Source: Thalia democratica
Lineage: Eukaryota
Assembly: GCA_965202585.1 (NCBI GenBank)
Contig: OZ241826.1
Span: forward strand, 28,520,001 to 28,584,000
Direction: 5' to 3'
DNA length: 64,000 nucleotides
Positions 36,110-49,839 of this stretch are shown here, piece by piece (position 1 is the stretch's first letter; every line of letters begins with the position of its first letter). The position numbers and the translations under genes were made by a program. The notes beneath the pieces are model-generated. The model was not told the DNA's origin. It did not search any database and saw only the letters and a list, made by a program, of their open reading frames with translations.

Positions 36110-39100
36110 AGTAAGGATATTGGTAGTAACTCAGCTTCATTTTTATTCGTTTTTATACTTGGGATTTTTGTAATTAGTTAAAAAGCTTGTATAATAAAAA
36201 TTCAAAACCTAAAACAAGTTTATATGTTGAGTTTACTCTCGTTGATAAAATAAAACCATTAATATTAAAAAAGGAGTGTAATACATTCTAGTTTAGTTAT
36301 TATCTTATAACTATCTAGTTACACAAACCACTAACAAATAACAACTTTTTATATGAGTTAAATATTTTTTATATTTCAACTGTAGCAAAATTATTTTTAG
36401 TTCAAAAACGGTTTGAACTGCTAAGAAGTCATAAGGAATTTATTTATCCAAAAAGCAAGGTTTTAGTATATACAGAATTTAAATATAAACAAAAAGTCAC
36501 CAGCTTTTTCTTCAAAAATTTTTAATTAAAGTGTTAAAGTAAACCGTAATTATCAAGTTACTTCATAAAATAATTTCTTTTAAAGTGTATTTGTTTACTG
36601 CAAAAGAGTAAGGTTTGTTTCTTCACCATAAATTATTATAATTCTCCATAAAAATTTAACATAAAACTTTGAAAAAGTAGTTTTAGAGCTTTGTTAATGA
36701 ACAAGTTTCAACACTTTAGTTAAACATTTATCAATAACAAAACCTGAAGTTATTCTTATATATAACTTTGTTAGCTTGATTTCAACTATGTAAACTAAAA
36801 AAAAAGCACAAAACAGTTTCCTAAAGTAAATTAAAAAAAACACACCAGTAGTTGTTATAAAACACTGCGTCTTAATTTTTAAAGTTACTTCAAGGTTAAA
36901 TAAAAATAAAAAATAAATTTTAGCGATAATGCTTAAATTTCTGTATAAGAAACAATAGTATTTTTTTTAAATTTCGGCCTTTTAAAATATAAATTACATT
37001 TTTAGCAAGGATAGCTCTTGGCTTTTTAAGTGAGCTAGCACATTTACTACTTGTTATTTAAAGACAATTTTTATGTTAGTTTTTCAATAATACTTTATAA
37101 AATAAATCAAATGTCTACTACTAAGTTATAGCATTTAATTTTTACAATGTAAATAAAAGTAAGTTATAAATATTAATAAAAATATGTTACATGTTTTTAA
37201 AAGTATTTGTAAAAGTATATTATAAGTTTAGCAGAAAGATAAATAACATATTCAAAAAAAAAAAACTAAGCCTTTGAATTAGGAAATAATAATAAAAATA
37301 CTAGTAAACGTTTATAAATTAATTGCAAGTTTTTAAAAGTTCATAGATATTACTATAAAGTTCTTTCCAAATTATCATTTAAGTTTGAACTTTTAATTCT
37401 TTTACATTAAGACATCTTTAGTTAATAAAATAATTTAGTTATGATTTTAAAGTAAACTAAAACGTTAAAATGTCACTATAGTAAAATAAAATCAGTTAAG
37501 TATTAACTTTTCTTGTCAAAATATCTTTTAAGGAATAAATAACTTTTTCGTGAAATATTAATTTAAAAGAATTAAGAAATATAACCATACTAATATTGTG
37601 GTCGAGTATTTGAAATTTTATCTTGATTTTTAAAAATTGAACTATTAGAATTAAAAAATATAAAAACTTAGAAACAAATAACATTTACAAAATATGATTA
37701 AAAATGAAATGCAGCCGAAAATCTGTTATATTAAAACTTATTTTAACATGCTATATACACAGTAGTGAAGTTGTAACTTACGCACCTGTGTAAGATATGC
37801 TATCAGTCTCGAAATTGCATGAGATCAAGTTTTTGTTAATCAAGTTATTTGTTTGATTTTTCTTAATCAAATAAGCAAACGATCTTTTAATGCATCGCAA
37901 ACAGTCAAATATAACACATTTATATTTCGAAAAATCATAAAAAGTATATTTAGATTGAACTTTTTTAAGTTATAAAAAGTAGAGTAGATAATGGTTGATT
38001 TATTTGTTAAAATGTCTTAATAGTCTCCTAATGATTTACATATTATCTGAGGCATACCATTTTTCCTTGGTTTAAAGTGCGTAATTTAATAATGTTCCCA
38101 CTGTTTAGAAAAACATAAGTTCTTCACATAAGATTATTTTCTTTTAGTGGATTGTGTTTTCTGCTTAGATGTATTTTTTGGAGTAAAATCGTATATACTA
38201 GATAAAAAACAGTTAATTAACATTTAGTTAATTAATAATTATATTAGCACTTCTAAGTGAATACATCATTTTACCAGTTGAAAGCCTTTAATAAGAATTC
38301 GACATCACAATTTTTTTAAAGATTATACAGCTAGTTTTAAGGTGATCCCAGCCGTAGTTTTAATTTGTTTTGTTATTTGCAGAAAAATGTTTTTGAAGCA
38401 GACCGCTACATTTGAAGTTCTATTAAATTTAGCTGTTCTAAAATTTTTCATAACTTGAGCATTAATTTGTCGAAGTTAGAGGCTAGATGTTTTAAGTTAA
38501 AAAACTATACTACTTACAATCACTAGAACTATCGAAAATTCAGACTATGGAAACTTTGCTATAAGCACTAAAATGATTTCAAAAATTTCTAATAATTACA
38601 TTTTGCAAATAACAGGGTATATTATTTGAAGTTTTGTTAATAAAAAACAAGCACTGTTATTAACAGCAGAAAAAGTTTTCATTTAATAATCTAAAATGCT
38701 AGTTTTTTCCTTCTTTGAGGGTTGTACTGTTTTCAAGAAACCAGTTCAGAGCTATAATAGATCTAAAGTCTTACTAAAATCTAAATTTTAAAATAAAAAA
38801 GCAAGTTCAATACTTATAGTAACAAAACTTATGAATGTTTAAAGAAAAAAACGTTTTAAAAACTGGAAAAAGTAATCAGATAGTAAAAATTAATTACTTA
38901 TTTATTGAATACACTAAACACAATGATATGCTTTTTTAGTGAAGAAGTTAATCATAATGAAAGAACATGTTGAGTCATGATAAGTTAAAAAAGTTTTCGG
39001 TTTCAAAAAAACAAAATTTAATAAAATTGTTCTCCCTTCATGCGCTTAAGTGTTTTGATTTAAAGCAGTCAACAAAATATACAAACTAGTTTTAAGAAAA

Positions 39101-40150
39101 CGGGTACTGCATGTTACAAACTAAATAATTTGAATACAAGCTGTTAACAATCGTAAGTGGTAATAAACTACATTGTTTTGAACTACTTCTACAATACAAA
39201 AAACGTGTATCTACGTTCCTTTATTCAAGGGGGCTTTATAACCATAACTTGACTAGATAAAATGTTAAACGTAAATTATAGTTTATAATAGAAGAATGTT
39301 GAAAGTTTTTTAGATATTTGTTTTCAGAAGTGTTGCTAAGATTTCTTGTTGTTAAAATCATATACTTGGTTGTGTTTTAAAAATTTTAATCTACTTAACT
39401 AAATTATAATAAAAAGTACATACCTACATACTGCAATAATATATTCAAATTATGATAAACTAAGTTTATTATTTATTGATTAAAATTTTAAAAATTAATT
39501 GGTTTTCTTGTTCTTATAATTACATTTTATTTTAAAACTTATATCTTTAAGACTACTCAATAAAATAAATTACAGACTGAGTAATAGCTTGGGACAGAAG
39601 AAAATTAAAAGTTTTATGAATTTTTTTAGTTAGTTTTATATTAAATGTACCAAAATTAAATTTAGACATAAACCTAAAATTACAGAGTTAAATGACTGAA
39701 AAGTATTTACAGTGTATCTAAGGTTTTTGATAAATATATTATTTGGATAGAAGTTTTAAAACTTGCAACGTATTTAATTCAAAAAAATATTAGTAAAAAC
39801 TAAACACATGCGTTGTTTTTATGTATTAAAAAACTGAATACACTCTATTAACCTTTTTTAAATGAAGAAATAAAGTTTTATTTCGTAATTCAGCATGTCA
39901 TTTAAACTAAAGTTTTGTAACTGAGTTAGTATGACAATAAAACTTTTTAATTTTTTGCTTTTTTAGATTTATAGTTTTATATATAATAGTATAATATTCT
40001 TATTTTACTATTCAAGCTAAAAAAAACCAAACAGTCATTATACTTTCCTAGAATTTTTACAATAATATGCATTAAATAAAATAATAGTGAAAAAAACAAA
40101 AAAATAAGTAATTATTTTTTGTAATAGATACATGTTTAATTTTTTTAAAA
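36110..40150. repeat. ~4-kb segmental duplication, paralogue at ~57540-63960
   Basis: Colinear anchors: CTAAGAAGTCATAA, AAACCGTAATTATCAA, TTATAAAACACTGCGT, AACTAAGCCTTTGAATTA, CTAGTTTTAAGAAAACGGGTACTGCATGT, AAACACATGCGTTGTTTTT. The length difference matches the two transposon insertions. Confidence 0.9.
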
Positions 40151-43100
40151 AACTAGTTTTAATTTCTTAAACTGATTTAAAAAGAATTAAAAAAAAAACC
40201 TTTGCTCGTTAAAGCATAAATAAAAAGGCATATAGTTTATTTTGTGTTTACAAAAAACAAAAAAACAGTTAGATTCTTTTCGATTCAAAAGTTAAAAAAA
40301 ACCACTAAAACATGTCAATTTTTATTCAACTTTAAAATAGTTATATTAAAAGCATTAGTTTTCTTTAAAAAAAATATTACTTTTTCAAAAAACTAACTCA
40401 ATATAATAATGTAGGTTTTAAGTTCAGTTTGAAATGTTTAACAAGATGTATTAGTTATTAAATACAACTAGCGTTTAAACTATGTTCTTTTAAAACAAAA
40501 ATAATTATGACTAAAACTTATAAAATTTGCTCTAGTGGCCGTGCGTAACTATACTTTAGACTCGTGTAATTGATTTTAATTAATATTAGAAAATACAGGT
40601 TTTAAAAAGTTAAGATATTAATTTTAATATTATTAGATTTTTTAATTTTCAAAGGGTTATTAAACCGTAGTCAATGAAATATAGTTTATTACCAATTAAA
40701 GTTCGTTAAATATATATAAAATTTTAATTAGTAATTTCATGAAAACTTTTATTATTGTAATAAATATACTATAATAAAAGGCTTAACAAAATTTAGTTAA
40801 GTTGTTGATTGACTAAAACATATTTTTTTTTATTATACATAATTTCTATAAGTTTCATTTGAAAAAGACTATTAACTTTGAGTCATTGGTTATGATCAAA
40901 ATATTGTGTATTACCTATAAAAGCATAACAAGAGATTACTTTAAATTTGTTATGAATATTTGCAAAAACTACTTTACTAATATTTTTTCCATTACACTTC
41001 AGTATTACTAACAAGAAGTTACTGCGAATGTAAAAACTTAAAAAACAAAAAGCTCAAGACAACAAAATACACAGTAATATTATATAGGACCAAATGTTGT
41101 CAAACAGCTTAATTTGTATATTGTTAACACATTTTGACTATTTATACTAAAAAAACCTTAGTAAGCTTTTTTTTAAATTTTGCATTTTTACCAAGTAAAG
41201 TAGCTAAGTAAAACTATTTGAAAAAATTGTTAACTGAACAATCACGTTCTAATTTCACTAGTTAAACTATAACCGTCTGATATAACAGTAGTATAAAGAT
41301 CTTAACTAGAGTCATTATGACTAAGTGAACTAGTGTCAATATAAACATCTGACCTAATGTCATATCGATCTGACTGTTATTATGGCTACTATAATTGCCT
41401 GTAACAATGTTATACCAATGTGACCTGCGGCTATAACAATCTGACCCACTGAAATTGTAGACGCCTGACCTAATACTATTACGAGGTGCAGGTATATTGT
41501 CGTCATGACTAAAAGGTCTATTAAGGTTACGGGGGGTGAAGAACATGTTTAGTAAGGGAATAGGGAAAAGATAAATATTATAGTATTATTAGTGCGCTAC
41601 TAAAAACTAAGTAATTGTATAAATGCTACTATATTCAAAACTTGTAAATCGGCTTACAATAAAATGTTATAAGGTCTTCGTCGAAAAAATTATGTTAAAA
41701 CTAAGTTAAAACACCGTAAGAGTAAGTGTTAAACAACTATAACAGTATTAGAAAACTGAAAACTAATAAATTTAGTTTTCGTTCTAGTTAAAAAAATAAT
41801 TTTAAGTTAAACAAATATATTTTACATAAACTTTCAAACAACAAAATATTTCTTACTGTTTAAATCTACAAATACTTATTTGTACTTTATGGTTATGTTA
41901 CAACAAAGTTTAAACGAGTATAACACACACACTACGATTTATTACTACGTTTTAAAAGTGCGGAAAAAGATAAAAATATGTAATAACAACTTCCAAAAAG
42001 CTATAAAAAGTACACACAACAAGTAATTACTATTATTTAAGCGACTGAGTAAAAATGCAAGAAAAACACTTACTTTGACAACAACAACTGGAAGTAATTG
42101 AACACACACTGAGCATTAAACAAAGGAAATGAGATAAAACGTACCGAAATTAGAAGTTGCTGCTAAATAAAGCAAGAGCTGAACTTCAACTGAGCTTGTA
42201 TATTAGAAGATGCGACAATTTGTAAAATAACGAGCTTGTAAAAGATAACACTGAGCTAACTGCTTAGCCCAAGCTAGATTGTGGGAAGCGCATTGCAATA
42301 GGCAAAACTAGTGTTCTTATACAGAACCGATTCGAGAGAATTTGCTTTTCTTTCGAAAAAATTTATGTTTGCGCGGAAACTTCCTATACTTTATCAAGTG
42401 CTTTCATAACACTCTTTTCAACGCGGGAAAATCGAATTTTTAATATGACAGTATTTACTCGAAAGAATATGTGCTTATCAGAGGACAAATGGAGACAATG
42501 TCCTTACAAAACTACTTAAAATACTTTAGAATGTGTTCTTTAAAGTAGATTTACGTTTGATTATTTAAAAAAAAAAACTTTATTTTTTAATCAGAATTTT
42601 TTTTACAAAATTATGTATTTGAAATCATAAACCAACTTGTTAGTTCTATCTACTCAGTACTGTTTTTACATTGAAAGTATTTCATTATTAGTTTTAAAAT
42701 AGTGTGTCTAGATCCGCGTATGATGGATGTAACTATATCTTGCTAAATAGGTACATCCAGATAACTTCAAAACGTTATAAACTTTAGTGTAGTTGTATTT
42801 TTGTAAGTACACAAAGAATATTAAAACTATATGTACACTTTTAAAGAAAATTTTCAAAACGGTTACAAAAAGCATCATAAAGTAGTTCTAGTAAGGAAAT
42901 ATAAAAAGTATTTTAAATTGAGTCCACAAAAAAAGCGTAACCAAAACGAGAGAGTGTAACCAAACGAGAGAATGTAAATAAATTAGAGGCAGCAAATATG
43001 CCAACTGTAATTGCTGTTTTCTTTTGATACATTTTAACAAATACACTTTTCCAATCTTTTGGTTACAAAAACACTTTTATTTAAGTTGTAAATACATGTA

Positions 43101-43769
43101 TTAAGTATTTTAACAATTTTTTTTATGTTTATATAAAATAATTTTTCTACTTTGGTTTTTACCCAACTAAAATTTAACTTGTCTTGTTTGGTATTAAAGA
43201 AATATCTTTCTCCAATACTATCCAAGACAAGTTAATTAAGTGGGCAAGGAACAAAATAGCTAACAATAAGAGACTTATAGAGTTAAAATGAAACTTTAAA
43301 CCACAAATATTAAGAAAAATCAAGCATTGTACCTTGTTTGATAATGTAAAGAGGGGATAAGACATCTTAAATGTAATAAGCAAAGTCATACGGTTCATTA
43401 AGTTTCTTAGGCACAAAATAAAAATGCAAAAGTCACTATTTTATTATAATAAATATATTCTTCCTTATTTTTAAAGTTATTTATTTTAAATGAAATTAGC
43501 TTAAAGAATTTATATAAAAAACTAAATTCACTCTTCGTTAATTTATAAAACATTAACTTTGGATTTTAAAAAAATGATATTTTAAAGCATACATGGAGTT
43601 ATTTATAAACTCTATACATACACTAAATTTACAATGTTTAGGTTTTTAAACTTTTTTTTGCGTCTTTTTGAGAGTTCTAAAATGTGTAAATAAACGAGAG
43701 TACCTAACCAAATGAATCCGTAAATGCCAACGAAGTGACTGTAAGTTGTAATCTCTCGCTGAAACTATT

Positions 43770-43930
43770 GAAGCAAATCTCTACTTTTACTGCTCTCTTT
43801 TATTCTGACGTCACGACGCAGCTTGTGGCTTCACAAAAATAATACTGATTGAACGCATGATCCCTTAAACACGAGTTTCCATAAATAAGTTCAAAGCACT
43901 ATTTGAAGCCGCAAGCATACGCGGTAACAA
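43770..43930 (+). promoter_or_regulatory. Conserved CpG-retaining non-coding element with a CRE palindrome (copy 1)
   Basis: TGACGTCA at 43806-43813 and CCGC-N8-GCGG at 43909-43924. Homologous to the reverse complement of 55595-55760. Confidence 0.45.
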
Positions 43931-44409
43931 CATTTCATTATTGTTTCTTTTTGTGACTTGTGAAAAACAATGATGGAGTTTGCAAAAAAGCAACAAGAAA
44001 GTTATTTGATATAATGTTTATTTAGGTTTATTTACCTGCATGGTAATTTAATTTACACATTACAAATTCTACCTAATTCAAAAATATTTATATACAGATA
44101 TAATAATTATATATAAATGTTTCTTTGCTATCGAAATTAGCAATAAAAAAAAAACACTTTTTTCTTCAAATCTTGAAGTTACTTCGATTTCCGATAACTA
44201 CTAATTTTACAAAACTCAAAACATTCTATTTGCCTTTTTTTATGAAAAAAAGTTTATTTGCACAATTCAGTATGTCATAAATTAAAGGTTTATAACTTAT
44301 TTATAATAGAAATAATTTTTTTTTGCTCTTAAATTTTTTAAAACATTTACTTTATTACTTAGTTTGTTCGCTGTTTTAGTAATTTTAGTATAAGAGCTCA
44401 AAATAATTA

Positions 44410-44490
44410 GTCTTAGGACCTGGTGCACGAAGAACCTTTCGGTTATCGAGTAGTACACCTTTGGAAACCTTTCAATGTCTTGTCCAAGAC
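44410..44490. repeat. ~80-bp dispersed module, six copies (15939, 21106, 33427, 44410, 46815, 50943)
   Basis: Core GGACCTGGTGCACGAAGAACCTTTCGGTTATCGAG...GTCTTGTCCARGACAT. 21106 and 44410 share a 24-nt exact core (GTGCACGAAGAACCTTTCGGTTATCGA region) despite unrelated flanks. Confidence 0.75.
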
Positions 44491-47400
44491 ATAATAATGT
44501 TCTTATTTAAGTATCAAGCTCAAAATAGACCAAATAGTTATAATATTTTTCTAAATAAATTGATAATTAAAGAGATATAAAGTTAAGTAAATATTAATTT
44601 TTACTAGATATATGTTGAAAAAACTAGTTCAAATATCTAAAACTTATTTAAAAAACAATTATTTTCTTTAAGTCATAGTTTTTTTAAAGTCTTTTTAAGT
44701 CATCGTTTTTAATTTTCTAAAAATTTTCAAACGGTTGTTAAACCGAACACAATAAAAAAAAAAGTTTGAATACTAATTCAAGTTTGTTAAGTATTTACAA
44801 CTATAGTTGAGTAATTTATTGAAATCTTTATCATTGTATTATATATATTATAACAAAAGGTTTAACTAAAATTAATCTAGTAATGTTTAACTATTGCATA
44901 CTTACTTGTTAATATTACATAATTTATAAAAGTTTTCTTTAATAAAAATAATACCTTTTAGTCATTGGTTATTAAATAAAATATTTGTATTTCTAATAGA
45001 AGTATAAAAGTATGTTATTTTTAATTAATGAGCTTAATTGTTATGAGTCTTTGCAAAAACTACTTTACTAATAATTTATTTCCATTTGACTCAGTATTAC
45101 TAACAAAAAGTTATTGCGATTGTAAAAACTAAAAAAAAGAATTTAAGGAAATAAATAACACAATAATATATTATATAGGACCAATTGTTGTTAAACAGTT
45201 TAATTTGTAAACTTTTAACATATTTTGACCATAAATACTATAAGATTTATACTGTTTTTATTATTTTTTTTGTGTTTTTACTAAGTTAAATCAATAAATT
45301 AAGCTATATGAAATATTTGAAACTAAAGAATCAAGTTCTAATTTCACTAGTTTAACTACTTAAAATGTTTTAATTTGTGTTCTTTAAAATAGTTTTAGTT
45401 TTTTATTGGTTTCTAAAAATATTTTAAGTTTTTATATGTTTTCATCGGAAAAATTTAAGAAAATTACGAAAGTCATAAGTAATTAATTAGTTCTATCATA
45501 TCAATACTGTTTTTACATTGAAAATATTTCTTTACTAGTTTTAAATTAGTTCAAAATTTTTTAAATATTTTTTTACTATAATAAAGTATGGTGCTTTTTA
45601 CATTTAGAAGAAGTTCGCTCCGAAATTTTTCTTCTAAAAGAGAACCTAGAAGTTATGTTTTATTTACCAGACTATTTATAAATATATATTGCACTTAACA
45701 ACAACTATTTAACAAAACAGCGGTTTTACATAAGCGGTAGCAGAATTAATTATATATACCAGACTTTTGCTTATAAATAAGTTAATTTATAGTTACAAAA
45801 AATAGTTTAATGTTATTATAATATTAATTTTTCGCAGTTAAGTTAAAAAATTTACTAATGTTTTAAAATAACTTAAAAATGTATAACATTTTTTAAACTA
45901 TTTGGTCGTTTATAACTAAAATAATTTTATTAGGTACTTTATAATAAGAAGAGCTGTTATAGAATTATTATTAATAGTTGAGATACCATTCTACATTTAA
46001 GTTTTAAATTAACTACAAATAATTTCATTTAGAATCAGTGACAAATAAAATGTGTGTTTGATAAAATAAGTATTTCTACGCCGTATTTTTTTCAAGTAAA
46101 AAGAAATCTGAATGTTTTTCGATATAAAATGACACACTTACAAAGAATGGTAGTTTTTTATATTAATAAACTAATTAAAAGAAGTTCTAATTGACAAAAA
46201 TTATATTTACCTCTAATGCAATTATAAATAAATAGTTTTAAAAACAATTTAGTAATGCTAATTTTGTTTTTGGAAAATTAAGTTATAACTCTGCATTTTT
46301 TAAGCGAACTAACTATAAACTTAATTAAATGAACATTAAAAACACCAAGACAAAGTAAAAACCAAGAGAAAAATTTTCTAAATTTATCAACAAAAATACT
46401 GAAATAGGTAAAGAAAATTTTTAAATCAAATAGAATACAAAGTTCAGTAAGTATACAGTAAGCAATCAAGTCCTTTTACCCCAATGAAATTACTGTTTAA
46501 GTCACTGAGTTTTTTTTTGAAGGAGTCTTAACTAGTCACATAATATTCTAAAAAAATATATGTTCTTAAACACTGGATCTAACACTAATGTACAAAAGGT
46601 TTGTTCAAAGTGGTATATCTACTTTTGATATAATATTAGCTTAACTGATTTATAAATAAAGAATTATTTAGCTTGAGAAATTTTAAATAAACAGTAAAGG
46701 AGAATAAATAAACAACTTAAAATTTATACGCTGTTATTTCTAAAAAAAGTTAATCATTGATAGATCTTCATTGCGGTTTGCTGAATGAGAAAATAAAAAG
46801 CTAAAAATAATAGTGTCTAAGAGCTAATGTACAAAAAAACTTCCAGTTATAGAGTCGTATACTACTTTGGATTCAGTTTAACGTCTTGTCCAGGACATGA
46901 CATTATAAAAACATTTTGTTACTTTGACGATTGTTTGCAAATATAATTTTAATATTCTTTGTAACCTTACTAAAATACTATTTTATCTAAAGTTTTGATC
47001 CTTTGTTGTTTTTAAAAATTATTTAGAAATTTAGAGTTACTTTCGCCTAACGCTAATCTACGCAGAAAAAAGGCGTAACTAAACGAGAATAAGTAACCAA
47101 ACGAAAGAATATAATCAAATGAGAGAATATAACTAAATGTGTGAATGTAGCCAAACAAGAGAACGTGACTGAACGAGTGGTAGCAAATATAACTACTATA
47201 TTGGCTGCATTCTTATAATGCATTTTAAAGAACACATCTTGGGGACTATTCCAATCTGTTGTTTGCAAAAATAGTTTTATTTTATAATTATAAAATACGT
47301 AACAAGTTTTTTAATAATTAATTCTAATGTGTAAACAAAGTATTTTTCTACTTGGTCCTTACCCACCTAAAAAATATAAACTTGTCTTGCACGGTATCAG

Positions 47401-49839
47401 AGAAAGATCTATCTCAAACACTAGATGAAGAAAAAAGGTAGCTGAAAATAAAAGGCTTATAGAGTTCAAATGAAACGTTAAGCCATAAATATTAAGCAGG
47501 AATTAAGAATTGTACCTTATCTGATGTTAGAGGAGAGGCTAAGACAACTTAAATATTATAAGCAAAGCCTTACCGTTCAATAAATTTCTTATGGAAGGCA
47601 CAAAATAAAAATGCAAATTTCTCAATCTAATTCAAAAATTCTATTCTCCCTTTTCTAGAAAAATATTTTTTTTTAAAATTTTGTATGAAAATAGTATTAA
47701 AAAATGTGTTTAAAGTTCTTAATATATATCTTTTTTTATTAACAAGACATTAATTTTTAATTTTTTTAATAAGAATTAAAAAATATACATAATTTTTTTT
47801 TTGGTTTGTTTAAGAGTTTTAAAATGCGTAACCAAAAGAGAACAAAACGGGAGTGTGTAAATACTTGAAAAGTGACTGTAGTTGTAAAATGTTTTTTTTA
47901 AATTTATTTAAAAAGTTACGTGTTTTGTATTAAAACTTTGACTACCATATATTAAATTTAATTTTTACTTCTAGAACTAGTTGACACAAACGTGGATCTT
48001 ACTTCTTAAGTAGTTTAGGTACCAAAATTACTAAAACTAATATAAACATAATTTATGGAGCTAGTTTTGGTTGTTTATAAGATGTTTTATTTATAGTATT
48101 TAATATATTTACTTATGTTAGCCTACACAGTATCAAAGTTTTTTTTAAAAATTTAGTTAGAGTTCAGGATTCAGAGTAGTTTTAATTTACTAGGAAGTAT
48201 AATGATTTACTTAAGTAAGGTTTTTTTTTTTTTTTTAGGTTTAATTTATTTAATCATTTTTATTATATATACTTGTGAGTATATTTATTTAATTAAAACA
48301 GCTTATTTTTTTAAGCATAATAGTTTTCTCAAAAACTTTCAAAACTTTGCATGTTAAATGGCAAAACTTCTAAAAGCTATAGTTTTCTTACAGTTTGTTT
48401 ATAATTTTTGTACATGCTATAAAAAAAAAGGATATTTAAAAAGTTAATTTTAAAAACTATAAGCTTTAATTTAAAGTATTTTTTTATTTATTACACTTAC
48501 ATAAGTTATATGATTATTTTACTTTGAAAAAACAAATGTCAACTTATTAAAATTTTATTTTTACATTGAGTTTAATAGATTTTTAAACAGTAAAAGCTAA
48601 ACTGTTGATAAAAATCATGTAGGTATGTACTTTATAATTAATAGACGATTATTTTAGTTATTTTTGTTAATAGAACTAAAACGTCAATTAAAAAAGCTGA
48701 TAAACCTTAGATTAATAACAAACTTTGTAAAGCCTGAACAAAGTAAATATTTATAATACTTTGACACTTTGCATGCTATCTCATAGTCAAATATTTTTGT
48801 TGTTAAAGTTTGTATGTTATATTTATTTAATTTTTTATAACTTAAGTTGAATAACTGTTGTGTTTAACTTAAGAAATGTTAAACTTTTATTTAAAATTAG
48901 TTTAATAACTGTATAGATAGTATATTTTAACTAATTATAGTTTGTTCAAATTAGAACAAGAAGACCAGTTAATGTTTAACAACAGTAAGTACTGTAACAA
49001 GTATTACTAATAAAACAACATTACTTATAAACGTTTTAAGTAGTGACTATTTTAAGAAAATTATATGTATTTTTGACCAGTTACTAAATAAATTGAAAGT
49101 TTGTAGAAGTTGTTGAAGATATTTGTGTTTAAAAACTTTTTAGTCTATTTTTAATTCTTGGCGGGCCGTAGCATTTCAGTTTCATCAAAATGTCAAAAAC
49201 AAATTGTCAACATAATTAATTTTGATACAACTTTTGAAAGACACCAGAGAGCATCTAGTGTAAGTTTCATTTTCTTTGGATCATATATATTACAGGCCTT
49301 CAAGCCTTTTTTGATCATTTTCTCTCGCATGCTGCTGATCTTACCTTCATCGCAGTCTTGTCGCTGTTTGCCAACCCCTGAGCTGGTGTGAGTTTGAAAA
49401 TTAGGTCTAAATTTTCTCGGGTTCGCAGCATTGCCTTTCGGTTTTAATTTGCTAAAGACAGACATGTTGGTCATTTTCACTCTGCTCGAAGTATGCCACC
49501 CATCGGATATTCAAAGAAGCACTACTATACTATTAAGTCTTTTCCAATTTTTAACTAAAATTAGAGCTTAGATTTCATTGACATTCAGTCATCTTAATTT
49601 AATAAAATTGTTTAGTCATAAGCATGTACTATAGAAAAGCAGAACAAGCTTAGCACTAAAGTTTAGTACCAAAACACCTTTAAAAGAGTAAACACTTTTT
49701 CAGTCAAATAATCATTTAAAATAACTGCGAAATAACTAATTACTTAACTACAAGAATAAATTATTAAAAAACTAATGAATAAAACAAAAAAATTAAAATA
49801 TCGTTGAAAAATATATATTACAATTTGTTTTTAATATGA

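Larger units (their letters stand above)
40690..47900. repeat. Diverged tandem duplication with ~4.1-kb offset (40690-43700 versus 44770-47900)
   Basis: TTGCAAAAACTACTTTACTAATA at ~40962 and ~45051; TATATAGGACCAA at ~41081 and ~45172; TACTGTTTTTACATTGAAA at ~42658 and ~45506; family copies at ~42930 and ~47075. Confidence 0.75.

Noticed and set aside
44410-44490. 80-bp module as a known self-cleaving ribozyme
   Set aside because: No CUGANGA/GAAA or HDV-like core was found. It is kept only as an unexplained structured module.
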